A DNA stretch of 63,352 nt, the filler included, from Octopus bimaculoides (Eukaryota), in assembly GCF_001194135.2 (NCBI RefSeq). It is 5 parts of 4 records of this genome, joined end to end, with 100 filler letters (N's around TTAATTAATTAA, not from the genome) between each part and the next. Parts side by side here need not be neighbours in the genome. Positions count along the whole stretch, not along the records: positions 39,066 to 62,223 come from NC_069006.1; positions 62,324 to 63,352 come from NW_026297343.1; 3 more parts are not named here. The stretch is one strand, 5' to 3'. Of this stretch, positions 50,701-63,352 are shown piece by piece; positions within the stretch are counted from its first letter, which is position 1, and the number at the start of each line of letters is the position of its first letter. The notes under the pieces were generated by a model. It had not been told where the DNA came from and did not search any database. It was given only the letters and a program-made list of their open reading frames with translations. A program made the position numbers and the translations under genes.

Positions 50701-51336
50701 AACAACTCGTTTTAAAAACTTTCTTATATATTTTAACCTATAAATAAAAAGGATTTAAACTACAAAATAATATAATTAAGTACGTAACTTCTTTATTCAA
50801 TATATGAAGCACAGTTATTATAAAATGATACAACTGACGCTTGAATATTTTTGTTAATTTTTATCTGGAGACGTTTTTCAATATTTAGAAGTAATTAGAC
50901 GGGAAAAAATATGATTTACCGTGATTATACTATTAAATCTTTTGTAGTCGTACAACTTTTAGCCGACATTGCGTGTGTAAATGGATACACTGAGTAATTA
51001 TATCAATAATTAATTAAATATAGCATGATTTATATCTTCAGTGTATTGAAATTTTTCTTTATATTACTACCTTTCATGTGAATGAATGGAGAAAGAAAAC
51101 AAAGAAGAAAAAATCCCCAACAACATACTTTTGATTTCTTAGAAACATTAGTTAGTAATTTTTTTGCTTTTTTACATAATTTAAAAAATACAATTCTGTT
51201 AATAATATTCTTACGTATTTATTTTGCGGCGCATCTAGCGTCATCTGGCGGCACAAGATTACTAACAAGTCGCGTCTTTTCGGAAAGTTTTACAGAGGAA
51301 CATGAATATAAGCTAGAGCATAGTTGTGTCAGTTAG

Positions 51337-51905
51337 ATGCTCGATTCGAAACCGTGTTGTCGTGAGTTCAGTCATGCAGCGCGGCACCTTGGGCCTGGTT
51401 GGGCCAAGCAATGTCATTTACGTGAATTTGGTAAACGAAAACTGTGCAGAAGCTCTGTGTGTGAAAAAATAAACCTCAGGCGTGGCTGTATGGTAAGAAG
51501 TTTACTTCCCAATTACATACTTTCGGGTTCAGTGTCACTGCGTGGCAACTAAAAGTGTCTTGTACTGTAACCTCAAGGCCAGCAAAGCCCTCTCTGAACG
51601 CATTTGTTTGACAGAAACTAAGAGAAGCCCGTTGAATATAATATATAAATGCGTGCGTGTGTGTGTCTGTGTGTGTCTATGTGTGTCTATGTGTGTGTGT
51701 GGGTGTTTCCCCACCCCAACGTTTGACAATCGGTGCTAGTGTGTTTACAACCTCGTAACTTTACATTTTGTCAAAACAAACCGATAGAATGAGTACTAGG
51801 TCTAAGCAAAGTACTGTGGATCGATTCTTCAGAGTAAAATTCTTCAAAAGATTGCCCCAGCATGACCGCAATGTACTGACGGAAACAAGTCATGTGAAAG
51901 ATAAA
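51337..51905 (+). mobile_element. Two consecutive SINE family A-like copies, diverged
   Basis: Two heads (about 51340 and 51478) followed by one 3' half. Confidence 0.7.
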
Positions 51906-52299
51906 AGGATACATACACACGCACGCACGCACGCACGCACACACACAGAACACCACACGTATATGTCAAAGGCAACCACCGACTTCTAGTAAATGTATTT
52001 TTTTAACCCAATACGTAAATTTTATTATTTATAGGTCTATCTACTTCGNNNNNNNNNNNNNNNNNNNNNNNNNNNNNNNNNNNNNNNNNNNNNNNNNNNN
52101 NNNNNNNNNNNNNNNNNNNNNNNNNNNNNNNNNNNNNNNNNNNNNNNNNNNNNNNNNNNNNNNNNNNNNNNNNNNNNNNNNNNNNNNNNNNNNNNNNNNN
52201 NNNNNNNNNNNNNNNNNNNNNNNNNNNNNNNNNNNNNNNNNNNNNNNNNNNNNNNNNNNNNNNNNNNNNNNATATATATATATATATGTATATTATATT

Positions 52300-52490
52300 C
52301 TTTTTTTGTTTTAGTCATTTTACTGCAGCCATGCTAGAGCTCCGCCTTTCGTCGAAAAAATCGACCCCAAGACCTATTCTTTGTTAACTTGGTACTTATT
52401 CTAACGGTCTGTTTTCCGAACTGCTTAGTTATGCGGACGTAAACATACCAACATCGGTTGTCAAATGATAGTGGAAGACGAACAAAGGCA
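52300..52490 (-). mobile_element. SINE family A 3' half
   Basis: agtcatttactgcagccatgct...ggttgtcaaatg. Confidence 0.8.
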
Positions 52491-53220
52491 TACAAACATA
52501 AACATACGCATGTACATATTCATATACAAGAAAGAAGCCGGTCATATATATATATATCTACATATATATATATATATATGTTTTAATGTCCTCTATTGCA
52601 TTTTTGTTCCATATATATATGTAGTACGTAGATCTACACACACACACACATGTGAAACGCAAAACCACACACACACACACTACACCATACACGTATGTCA
52701 CAGGCAGCCTCTGACTTTTTCTAGTAAAAATATATATACGTTATTGTTTATAGCTTTATCTACTTCGAGTTCCACAGTTAAAAATGTATTACACATGTGT
52801 GTGTGTATATATATATATGTGTGTGTGTGTGTTTGTGTGTGCGTGTACATAAGTGGGTATACACATCCATATACATATATATGAAATGCACATCCACACA
52901 CACACACACACACGAACACTTTGATTCAGAGGAAAGCATATTGCAGCGTTACTTTGGAGAACAGTAACGATTTACACTCGGAAAATAGTCGGAATTTATT
53001 TTGTATTTAAAGACTACATATGCGATTCTGTCCAAGAATTCCATTAATTTACGCCAATTAGGAAGAATCTCAGACGTCTGTTCTGAATATTGGTTACATG
53101 GCACTTTGCATCTGAGAAAATTGCTGTCAGTGCAACGTGGAAGTTGCTGAAAGTGGTTCTTGAAGAACGCAAATATTAATTGTTCTAAGTAATGGCGAAT
53201 ACCTCGTAAGAGACTTTCTT

Positions 53221-53265
<45 letters not shown>

Positions 53266-53287
53266 TTTTATCTGCTCCTCCATTAGA

Positions 53288-53318
<31 letters not shown>

Positions 53319-53420
53319 CATACATATATGTATACATATAAACATAGTATATTCATATATTTATATATATATATATACATATTTTATATATATGCTTTGC
53401 CTATATATATTATATACGTG

Positions 53421-53481
<61 letters not shown>

Positions 53482-54019
53482 CATACCAATTATATGTATA
53501 TAGATACTCGTACATACACACATACAAATGTATGTATATGTATGTATGCATGCATTTACCTCTGTATGTTTATCGATCTATATGCAATACACATATATAC
53601 AATATATATGTAACATCTATCTATCTACCTGTCTGCCTGCCTGCCTGTCTGTCTGTCTGTCTCTTAATAAATATATATATATATATATATACATATATAA
53701 ACATATAAATGCATACCCTCACACATACATCTCTATGTACGCATGCGCGTTATTTATTACTCGCAAAACCACACGTATCTCCGTATCTCCGCCTTCCTAA
53801 TTATACATCTCGGGCGCCATATTAGCAACATCACAATCTTTCTTTACCTTTTAAACACAAACGTTTTCTAAACCTAATCAGACCAATCGGATCTCATCAA
53901 TTTCCTTCAACATTGCGTCTCTCCGCTCTCTTTCCTCTCTCCAGTCCTCCCGCTCTTTTTCGTTGCTCTTATCACCTCAACTCTCTCATCACTTCTGTCT
54001 AATTCTCTATATGTCTTTC

Positions 54020-54111
54020 TCCTCTCTCTCATTCGTTCTCTCTCTCATTCGTTCTCTCTCTCATTCGTTCTCTCTCTCATTCGTTCTCTCTCTCATTCGT
54101 TCTCTCTCTCA

Positions 54112-54149
<38 letters not shown>
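54020..54149. repeat. 14-bp minisatellite (tctctcattcgttc)n grading into (TC)n
   Basis: Direct reading. Confidence 0.9.
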
Positions 54150-54292
54150 NNNNNNNNNNNNNNNNNNNNNNNNNNNNNNNNNNNNNNNNNNNNNNNNNNN
54201 NNNNNNNNNNNNNNNNNNNNNNNNNNNNNNNNNNNNNNNNNNNNNNNNNNNNNNNNNNNNNNNNNNNNNNNNNNNNNNNNNNNNNNNNNNNN

Positions 54293-54329
<37 letters not shown>

Positions 54330-54334
54330 TATAT

Positions 54335-54650
54335 ATTCTTTTATTCTTTTATTTGTTTCAGTCATTTGACTGCGGCCATTCTAGAGCATCGCTTTTTAGT
54401 CAAAGAAATCGAGCTCAGGATTTATTCCTTGTAAGCCTAGTACTTGGTCACTTAGACCGCGTCGCTAAATTACGGCGACGTAAACGTAACCACATCGGTT
54501 GTTAAGCGATGGTAATGGGGGAGGAAACAGAGACACACAAACATGTACATACATATAGCCCCAGGCTATAGTAGAAAGCAATGTGTCACGTACTGGGATT
54601 GAACCCGGAACCATGTAGTTGAGAAGTAAGATTCTTACCACACAGCCACG
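54335..54650 (-). mobile_element. SINE family A with internal deletions
   Basis: Tail, core and head fragments in reverse orientation. Confidence 0.8.
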
Positions 54651-54744
54651 CATATATAGCAAGAACATATGAAACGCACAATTCGTAGCTAATTCCTCAT
54701 CAGTCAACGTCCTAAAGCTCCTTACAATTTCGCAAATTGCTTAC

Positions 54745-54879
54745 CAATCACATGGTTCTGGGTTCAGTCCCACTGCGTGGCACCTTGGGAAAGTGTCTTC
54801 TACTATAGCCTCGGGCCGACGAAGGCCTTGTGAGTGGATTTAGTAGACGGAAACTGAAAAGAAGCCCGTCGTATATATG

Positions 54880-54942
<63 letters not shown>

Positions 54943-55115
54943 TTGTGCGTCTGTGTTTGTCCCTCCAATCATCGCTTGACAACCAGTGTTAGTATGTTTA
55001 TACCCCGTAACTTAGCGGCTTTGCACAAGAGACTGATAAAATAATTGCTAGGCTTTAAAAATGTGCTGCGGTGCCCCAGCATGGCAGCAGTCTAATGACT
55101 GAAACGAGAACAAGA
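54745..55115 (+). mobile_element. SINE family A
   Basis: catggttctgggttcagtcccactgcgtggc...gcagtctaatgactgaaac. Confidence 0.85.
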
Positions 55116-55543
55116 CAAAAGATAAAAATGATTTCTAAATTACAGAAAAAAAAACAAAGAGGTTTCTTTCTTTTCTTATTTTAAGCTTATTTAGTTAACA
55201 CTTCGGTTTATGGCTTTTTGAATGCAGCCAATAATTTTCTTTTACTAATAAACATTGAATTCTTTAAACTTACATCATATAAAAGTGTAAAACAATTCTC
55301 TTGTTAGCCATACAGTGTATCAAGCGCAAGTGATCAAATAAAAGGCTATAATTAATGTTTAATTGTCAGTAAATTATTGTCATAAAATAGAACGACGCCA
55401 TTTTGTATGAATGCCAGTGTGTGTCGTGTGAATGTCGGAGTTTATGTTAACCGTTTGAAATAACATGATTAGGATTATAGGTGCTGCATTCCGTTGTATT
55501 CTGAATTCCCTGATTTAACAATACGAAGAATAGAGGTTGATAA

Positions 55544-55617
55544 AGTGGTGTAGTCGATGATTCGATAACACAGCTTATTTCTATAGGATGTGGTGTCGAA
55601 TCTTCGACTACACCACT
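55544..55617. other. Long imperfect hairpin (74 nt)
   Basis: AGTGGTGTAGTCGA (55544-55557) pairs perfectly with TCGACTACACCACT (55604-55617). The inner 14 positions form 13 pairs, then 5 more pairs close a 4-nt loop. Confidence 0.85.
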
Positions 55618-55707
55618 GAAGGCAGTGTCTTAGTTTTGCCGCAACCTAAAGACTGACAGTCTTTAGGAGAGGAATGAAAGGTAAAGTTATACATGTCTAT
55701 ATATATA

Positions 55708-55741
<34 letters not shown>

Positions 55742-56534
55742 AAGATAAGCAACAAAGATTCAGTAAGTTATAGCAGTACGTACGTTTCGTCCAAGCTCCA
55801 TTTATTAATGTAGTGAGAACACCACAGAATGTACAATGAAAATGTACTCCTCAGCTGCATAATGGAATTTCATTTTAGAAAGTCATTTTGAAGATGTTTG
55901 CAAAAAACAAGAGTAAGAGAAGAAAACATACCATCTCGACTATGCTGCTGTTCCATGAATAAATGGAGCTTGTACGAAACGTACGTACTNNNNNNNNNNN
56001 NNNNNNNNNNNNNNNNNNNNNNNNNNNNNNNNNNNNNNNNNNNNNNNNNNNNNNNNNNNNNNNNNNNNNNNNNNNNNNNNNNNNNNNNNNNNNNNNNNNN
56101 NNNNNNNNNNNNNNNNNNNNNNNNNNNNNNNNNNNNNNNNNNNNNNNNNNNNNNNNNNNNNNNNNNNNNNNNNNNNNNNNNNNNNNNNNNNNNNNNNNNN
56201 NNNNNNNNNNNNNNNNNNNNNNNNNNNNNNNNNNNNNNNNNNNNNNNNNNNNNNNNNNNNNNNNNNNNNNNNNNNNNNNNNNNNNNNNNNNNNNNNNNNN
56301 NNNNNNNNNNNNNNNNNNNNNNNNNNNNNNNNNNNNNNNNNNNNNNNNNNNNNNNNNNNNNNNNNNNNNNNNNNNNNNNNNNNNNNNNNNNNNNNNNNNN
56401 NNNNNNNNNNNNNNNNNNNNNNNNNNNNNNNNNNNNNNNNNNNNNNNNNNNNNNNNNNNNNNNNNNNNNNNNNNNNNNNNNNNNNNNNNNNNNNNNNNNN
56501 NNNNNNNNNNNNNNNNAGAACAGCGATGTCAGGG

Positions 56535-56587
56535 ACTTTGAGACCCGGCAGAGTTTCGACCTTACTGTCAGTCTCTTCAGTTAAAGC
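56535..56587 (-). ncRNA. Type I hammerhead ribozyme motif with intact core (second copy)
   Basis: Same 53-nt sequence as 50431-50483, offset 6104 bp. Predicted cut lies between 56542 and 56541. Confidence 0.75.
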
Positions 56588-57189
56588 TATTCAGAACCAA
56601 TGACTAAAAACAAGAGTAGGGGATCTTGTTTACAGAGATAATAATTATTTTGCCGATGGATACTCATGCCTGCCAAACGGACGGCAATTCTAATAATATC
56701 GAAAGGTAATTAGAAATATTAGAAATTTCTACTACCAGTGGCCTAGCGTGTAAAAATTTAGTCCATAGACTATATATTATCCATATAAATACAGTGTAAG
56801 AGGTATCCACGAGGCATAATGCCGACAAGGAGCTGCGCTTGCGCGGTAGATTTGAAAAATTAGAATGTATCAGCACGGGGCATATACTGGATCGCTTCGT
56901 GTATATATGTTTAATCTGGGTGTACCTGCTGACGAAGACGTCACCTGGCAAATTATTTTATTTGCTGAAATAAGTCAGAAACCAGGAGATAGATGGTAAA
57001 TGTTTTTATTTGTCATTCCCTTCGAAATTTAACCGTGATAGTGGTTTAGAACTTAGCTGTTCTTTCTAGCGTGCGGGAATCCTATGATGGATAAGTCTTA
57101 TGTGTTTAAATGCACACCGTATTTATATACACTGTTATTGAATAACATCCTGCAACAGCATGTACTGCAACGTGGCCACATGGTGTCTG

Positions 57190-57450
57190 CATTGGCTGAA
57201 CCTAAAGAAAAGCTATTTCCCACATTGCATGACAGCTTCAAAAGCATAGCATGGTTCGCGGAGAGAGCTATTTTTAACACCTCGGAATGACAGCGTTGTT
57301 AAAGTAAACCAGGAACTCCTCCACATTCTACCTGGAGATGCTCCAACGTTTGTCTCCATTGATACTAACATCGCTCTTCCAGTTGAATTTCTCAACTCAC
57401 TGCAACCCCAAAGACAGCCACCTCAGAAGTCGTTCCTAAAGAAAGGTATA
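57190..57450 (+). mobile_element. Helitron PIF1-like helicase fragment
   Basis: WFAERAI(L)TPRNDSVVKVNQELLHILPG...PVEFLNSLQP matches the RAIL-P-N / P-EFLNSL helicase motifs. Confidence 0.8.
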
Positions 57451-57574
57451 CGTATCTCTTTTGCCAAACCGTGAAGTTATGGGGACATAAGCACACTAGC
57501 ATTGGTCGTCAAGCGATGGTAGGGGAACAAACACACACATACCTACACACACACAAACGCACAAACACACAAAT

Positions 57575-57610
<36 letters not shown>

Positions 57611-57770
57611 ACGACGGATTTCTTTCAGTTTCCTTCTACCAAATCTACTCACAAGGCATTAATCGGCCTGAGGCTATGGTAGAAGAAACATGCCCAAGGT
57701 GCCACAAAGTGGGACTGTACTCGGAACCATGTGGTTGCGAAGCAAGCTACTTACCACATAGCCACACCTA
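57450..57770 (-). mobile_element. SINE family A, abutting the Helitron fragment
   Basis: Core and head in reverse orientation. Confidence 0.8.
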
Positions 57771-57942
57771 CATATGTACATATTTATATATATGCACAGA
57801 TGCATGCATACATGCATACATACACACATACATACATACACACATACATACATGCACACATATACGTTAATGCATGTATATCTATATACATATATGTCAC
57901 CCCCTCTCTCTGCTTCTCTCTCTTTCTGTTTCTCTCTCTTTC

Positions 57943-58003
<61 letters not shown>

Positions 58004-58420
58004 TTATAATGTACGTATGTTTATGTGTGGTGTGTGTACTCATATACCGATCTATNNNNNNNNNNNNNNNNNNNNNNNNNNNNNNNNNNNNNNNNNNNNN
58101 NNNNNNNNNNNNNNNNNNNNNNNNNNNNNNNNNNNNNNNNNNNNNNNNNNNNNNNNNNNNNNNNNNNNNNNNNNNNNNNNNNNNNNNNNNNNNNNNNNNN
58201 NNNNNNNNNNNNNNNNNNNNNNNNNNNNNNNNNNNNNNNNNNNNNNNNNNNNNNNNNNNNNNNNNNNNNNNNNNNNNNNNNNNNNNNNNNNNNNNNNNNN
58301 NNNNNNNNNNNNNNNNNNNNNNNNNNNNNNNNNNNNNNNNNNNNNNNNNNNNNNNNNNNNNNNNNNNNNNNNNNNNNNNNNNNNNNNNNNNNNNNNNNNN
58401 NNNNNNNNNNNNNNNNNNNN

Positions 58421-58456
<36 letters not shown>

Positions 58457-58689
58457 GGGTGTATGTGTGTGCGTGTGTTTGTGTGTGTGTGTGTGTATGC
58501 GTGTGTACATATAAACATGCATACCTACATAGCTGCCGATCTGAGCCTACCTCAATGGTTACTAATTTCTACAATAGTCTCTAATTGTAGAGAAGAGAAT
58601 GGAAGAAATGAAGAAGAAGAAAAAAAGAGGCAAGGAACCAGAAGACAACAGAAATTACATATTGAATGTGTGATATCAACATAGCAAAC

Positions 58690-58985
58690 ATACCAACAAC
58701 AACACCTGCAACAACAACAACAAAAACAACATGGCTAGCAGCAATAGAACAAAAATGAGAACACCACCAGCGGCAGCAGCAACACCATCAACAACAAGAA
58801 CAACAACATCGACAGCAACAACAACAAGGCTAGCAGCAATACAAGAAAAATGAGAACACCACCAGCGGCAGCAGCAACATCATCAACAACAAGAACAACA
58901 ACATCGACAGCAACAACAACAAGGCAAGCAGCAATACAAGAAAAATGAGAACACCACCAGCGGCAATAACAACAGCAACAGCCGG
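58690..58985. repeat. 95-bp minisatellite, about 3 copies
   Basis: atgagaacaccaccagcggc at 58755, 58850 and 58945. Confidence 0.9.
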
Positions 58986-59094
58986 GGTAATAGGGACAGC
59001 AAGAGAAGCCATAGTATGAACAACAATAACAACGTCGACAACAGAAACGGCAAACATAGAAACAACCACAGCTACAAGAACAACAACAAAAGCC

Positions 59095-59300
59095 GGTGTG
59101 AGATGGCAGAATCGGTAACGCGCCGGGAAAATACTGGACGCTATTCTTTTCGATTTTTCGTTTTCAGTTCAAATTCCGCCGAGGACGATTTAGTTTTTCG
59201 TCGTTCGGGGTCGATAAAATAAATGCCAGTTGAGTACTGGGGTCGATGTACACGACTTCACTTCTCCCCAGAAATAGCTGACCTCGGGCCAAAAGTTGAA
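59095..59300 (+). mobile_element. SINE family B
   Basis: atggcagaatcggtaacgcgccggg head, ttcaaattccgccgagg B box. Confidence 0.8.
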
Positions 59301-59329
59301 ATCATTATTATTATTATTATTATTATTAT

Positions 59330-59770
<441 letters not shown>

Positions 59771-61014
59771 ATATATGTATAATGAATGGTAATTGTGCTT
59801 GTCTGGCAAGTGACATGATCTGAGACAATAATATTTTGCAACTAAAGATACTCCATCAAAGACTCATTCTTTCGTTTAAAAACAGGGAAAAACTGTTAAA
59901 TTCGCTTTTCGTTCATTTCCTGATGCGTTAAAATTTTCGTGCCGAATCTGCGATCTGGGCAATGGCACAGTTGCTCTTCTATCAGCATGAGTAGTGTCTA
60001 TGTGTCCATATAACTATGTTTAACTGTGAGTATGTATATCTGCATCTATGTCCGTCTGTGTATGTATGTATGTATGTATGTATGTTTTATATCCTGGTAT
60101 TGGATGACTAATTTAACGACACAGTGGGAAATGAAAGTATTCACACGACGTACTGCGTTTATTGTTACACGACGTGAAACGCTCTCCACCAACGGCTCAC
60201 AGTGAACCGCTTGCCTCTTCGATTGCTCACAGTTCTTTATTTTGTAGTAATGCGTCAGTTCACTCTTAGTCACTTGCCGGAATGGTCGGAATCCTTCCAC
60301 AACAGTATGTATGTGTACGTTATCTCCTCTGTGTAATGATTTGAAATATTTCTGAGAAGAAGGAGCAGGTGTCTGATAAACATACAACCCTCCATTGTTG
60401 GACTGTACATAAAAACAAATTCACATTTTCAAGATAAGAACATTCTTGCTTATTTTTAATGTTCCGCGTACATACTATTCCAATCCTTGTTTAGACATTA
60501 ATTAACAAGTCAAAGTATATCAGTTATTGGAGTAAACATGAATATAATAATCTAAGGATAGAGGCCGATGGTTTCGAAGCAATTAATCCATAAGTATCCT
60601 CTTTCTCTTTCATTACCAAAGAGGTACTTACACCAGTAAAGCAGCTGATCTCTATGACGGTACATAAATATTCTTTCCTGTTCCACAACGATATCCGTCT
60701 GTTATGTTTGCGATTGGTTGACAATTTGATTGGAGTGTTCTACCAATATTCTTCGTGTTGATGTTTATGTATGTATTCAGTAACAAGAAGATTCATTACG
60801 GTTTTCCCTGGACAGCCTCTTTTATACGTATCTGTGTTCTCTGTTTTTAGCTTCCGAATATAACACCAAAGGAAAATGATTCAGTCGCTAGCATAGAAAA
60901 TACTTCCACTGCATATATACTAGACATCATCATTTTTTATGTATATTCTTTTATTCTTTTATATCTCTCAGCTCTAAGGCTGTGGCCATGCTGGCGTACC
61001 GCCAGTGTAATCAC

Positions 61015-61765
61015 CTTTTGAATGACCGATTTTTTGTGATTGGCTTATGGTGAAGGAGGGAGTTCGACACTGCTGCCCTCTTTTGAGTCTCCTGCCTTGA
61101 GTGGTTTGGGACCTTGGATAGCAAGAGGTCAAGTTGTTTCTTGAAAACGTCTACTCCCACTCCCACTGCATGGAAGTCCCTGAGATGTTTTGGCAAGGCG
61201 TTAAATAGCTGTGGGTCCTTGAATCCCAAGCTATTGCAATACATGGTCCTCATAATAGATAGTACAGCTGGGACCTTTGGAATAGTGCAGCTACGGCCAG
61301 TTCGGCGTCTGGTGTAGCTCTCGGTTGTTGAAGCCCTTCCAGTACCTTCCACACATATATCACTGCATACCTCTTCCGTTTCCGCTCCAGCGAGTAGAGT
61401 CGTAACACTTTCAGTCTGTCTTCGTTGCTTAGTTGTTCCATTGATGCAATCTTCCTTGTGTAAAATCGCTGAACTGCTTCTAGTTCCGCTATTAATCTGG
61501 CACTGAAGGGTGACCACAGTTGCGAGCAATAGTCCAGACGGCTGAGAACAAATGTCCTCCATAGGAAACGGAATAGTTACCTGGTCCCTTGTTTTGAAAG
61601 TTCTCAAAATCCATCCGGCCATTCACCTGCACATCGCCACCATCTTGGTGATATGCGTATATAAACGAGGTATCGTTGGTCGTATCAATCCTGAGATCAC
61701 GCACCGGATGTGATTCTGGGATTGCCGCTCCTCTTGGTCCAAAGTATCGTTGTTGCAGCCCCTGA
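61015..61765 (-). mobile_element. CR1/L2-type LINE 3' fragment
   Basis: Across frames: GWILRTFKTRD...LSRLDYCSQLWSP...ELEAVQRFYTRKI...LRLYSLERKRKR...WKVLEG. Confidence 0.85.
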
Positions 61766-62192
61766 GCACCATCATCATCATCATCATCATCACCACCACC
61801 ATCACCACCACCTTCATCAACATCATCATCATCACCATCACCACCACCACCACCACCACGACCATCACCATCACCACTGCCACCACCACCATCATCATCA
61901 TCATCATCGTCGTCGTCGTCGCCGTCATCATCATCATCTCGCCATGTTTGGACGTTGAACGCTGCAGATTTTTTCCTCTCTGTTTTTTTTTTTTTCATTC
62001 TCTCTCCATTTTGTGCACTTCATCCTTTCTGTCGAAGAGCGTGGGCTCGAAACGTGAAGGACTTCTCCATTTTTCTAAAGCGTTAATCTGATACACCTGG
62101 TTGTCTTGACATTTAGTTTTCTGTATACTTGAACAATATACACACATATGTATATCTATCTATCTACATAATATATTCATACATATAATTGT

Positions 62193-62223
<31 letters not shown>

Positions 62224-62449
62224 NNNNNNNNNNNNNNNNNNNNNNNNNNNNNNNNNNNNNNNNNNNNTTAATTAATTAANNNNNNNNNNNNNNNNNNNNN
62301 NNNNNNNNNNNNNNNNNNNNNNNATTATTATTATTATTATTATTATTATACACTCAACAGATTAGATTGTTGGGAAAGAAAAGAATCCTAACATCGGGCT
62401 ACAATAAGTAGATTTAAATGCCAAGAACCCTCCTATTGGGTTACAAGAT

Positions 62450-62478
62450 GCCATTATCATTATTATTATCATTTATTA

Positions 62479-62518
<40 letters not shown>

Positions 62519-62551
62519 CATCATTTATTATCATTATCATTATTATTATTA

Positions 62552-62591
<40 letters not shown>

Positions 62592-62600
62592 CATTTATTA

Positions 62601-62655
<55 letters not shown>

Positions 62656-62663
62656 TATTATTA

Positions 62664-62704
<41 letters not shown>

Positions 62705-62890
62705 CATTTGTTTATTTTATCATTTCATTATAAGTAAACCCTCACATTTTGTGTCTGTTTTGTATTGTCCCCTTCATCCTTCGCCCTGGTGGCAAATAAA
62801 TAAAATCGTCATTATTATTGCTACTACTACTACTACTACTACTACTACTGCTGCTGCTACCACTACTACTATTACTACTACTACTACTAT
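62450..62890. repeat. (TTA)n and (CTA)n microsatellite field
   Basis: Direct reading. Confidence 0.95.
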
Positions 62891-63352
62891 TGTAGTCTCT
62901 CAAATAAGGAGAAAGAGTGTAAATGTATTTAAAGTCAGAAGGAAATTGCCAATGACATTTCAAACAGAAAATGTGATTGTAGTCATATGGGAGAGACGTA
63001 TTTCTGCAAACGTACAGAGTTTTGTCTTTTGAGGAGGTCGTTGTTCTGTCTTTCTTTCCTTCGTTTGAGTCTTAACTGAAATAGAAGCTATCCTGCAGCA
63101 ATTTATAACACATAAATATAAGAAGGTCGAAACATTGTGGTGAGGCGAGAAATACAAGGAAATAACAAAGTGTCAGTTAATATCGTAAATGTGAATTGAA
63201 AAACGGAATACATTGAAGAAAAAGGTGAACGCTCTAGAGAAATACAACCATATTGTGTAAAAGTTGTGGCTGATTTACTGCCTCTCAAAACTGTAGATAA
63301 ATTTATATGTAAAATGTATTTAGGTGATATGAATATACATGCATGTGTGTGT

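Noticed and set aside
52949-53380. About 90 open codons of unique-looking sequence on the minus strand
   Set aside because: Starts in microsatellite, no recognisable domain, no clear splice sites.
60625-60730. Good minus-strand donor (GGT|GTAAGT) at about 60631 as a first exon
   Set aside because: All three frames hit stops within about 140 bp upstream, no ATG opens the frame reaching the donor, and nothing resembles a GPCR. A non-coding exon cannot be excluded without RNA data.

Overview
Eukaryotic genomic scaffold with very dense microsatellites, many SINEs and about 9 kb of N gaps by rough count. The repeat landscape suggests a coleoid cephalopod, probably Octopus (inference). Only one host coding exon is supportable: a 366-bp minus-strand exon (6327-6692) of a cholecystokinin/gastrin/sulfakinin-type GPCR covering TM3 to TM5. 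The rest looks intronic or intergenic. It holds tRNA-derived SINEs, decayed Penelope-like, Tx1, RTE, CR1 and Dong/R4-like retroelements, three Tc1/mariner remnants and a Helitron fragment. The best candidate for an unannotated system is a degenerate tandem array of ~180-290-bp monomers (49870-50700), each with a type I hammerhead ribozyme motif on the minus strand. One monomer has a fully canonical catalytic core, and it recurs almost identically at 56517-56691 beside a gap. This fits an animal non-LTR retrozyme; cleavage is predicted from sequence only. Also notable: a 63-bp-arm palindrome holding a minimal Penelope-type hammerhead, a head-to-tail array of an ORF1-only (HAL1-like) Tx1 derivative, and a pre-miRNA-like hairpin. 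Element boundaries are approximate unless stated, and all family calls come from motif recognition by eye, not database searches.
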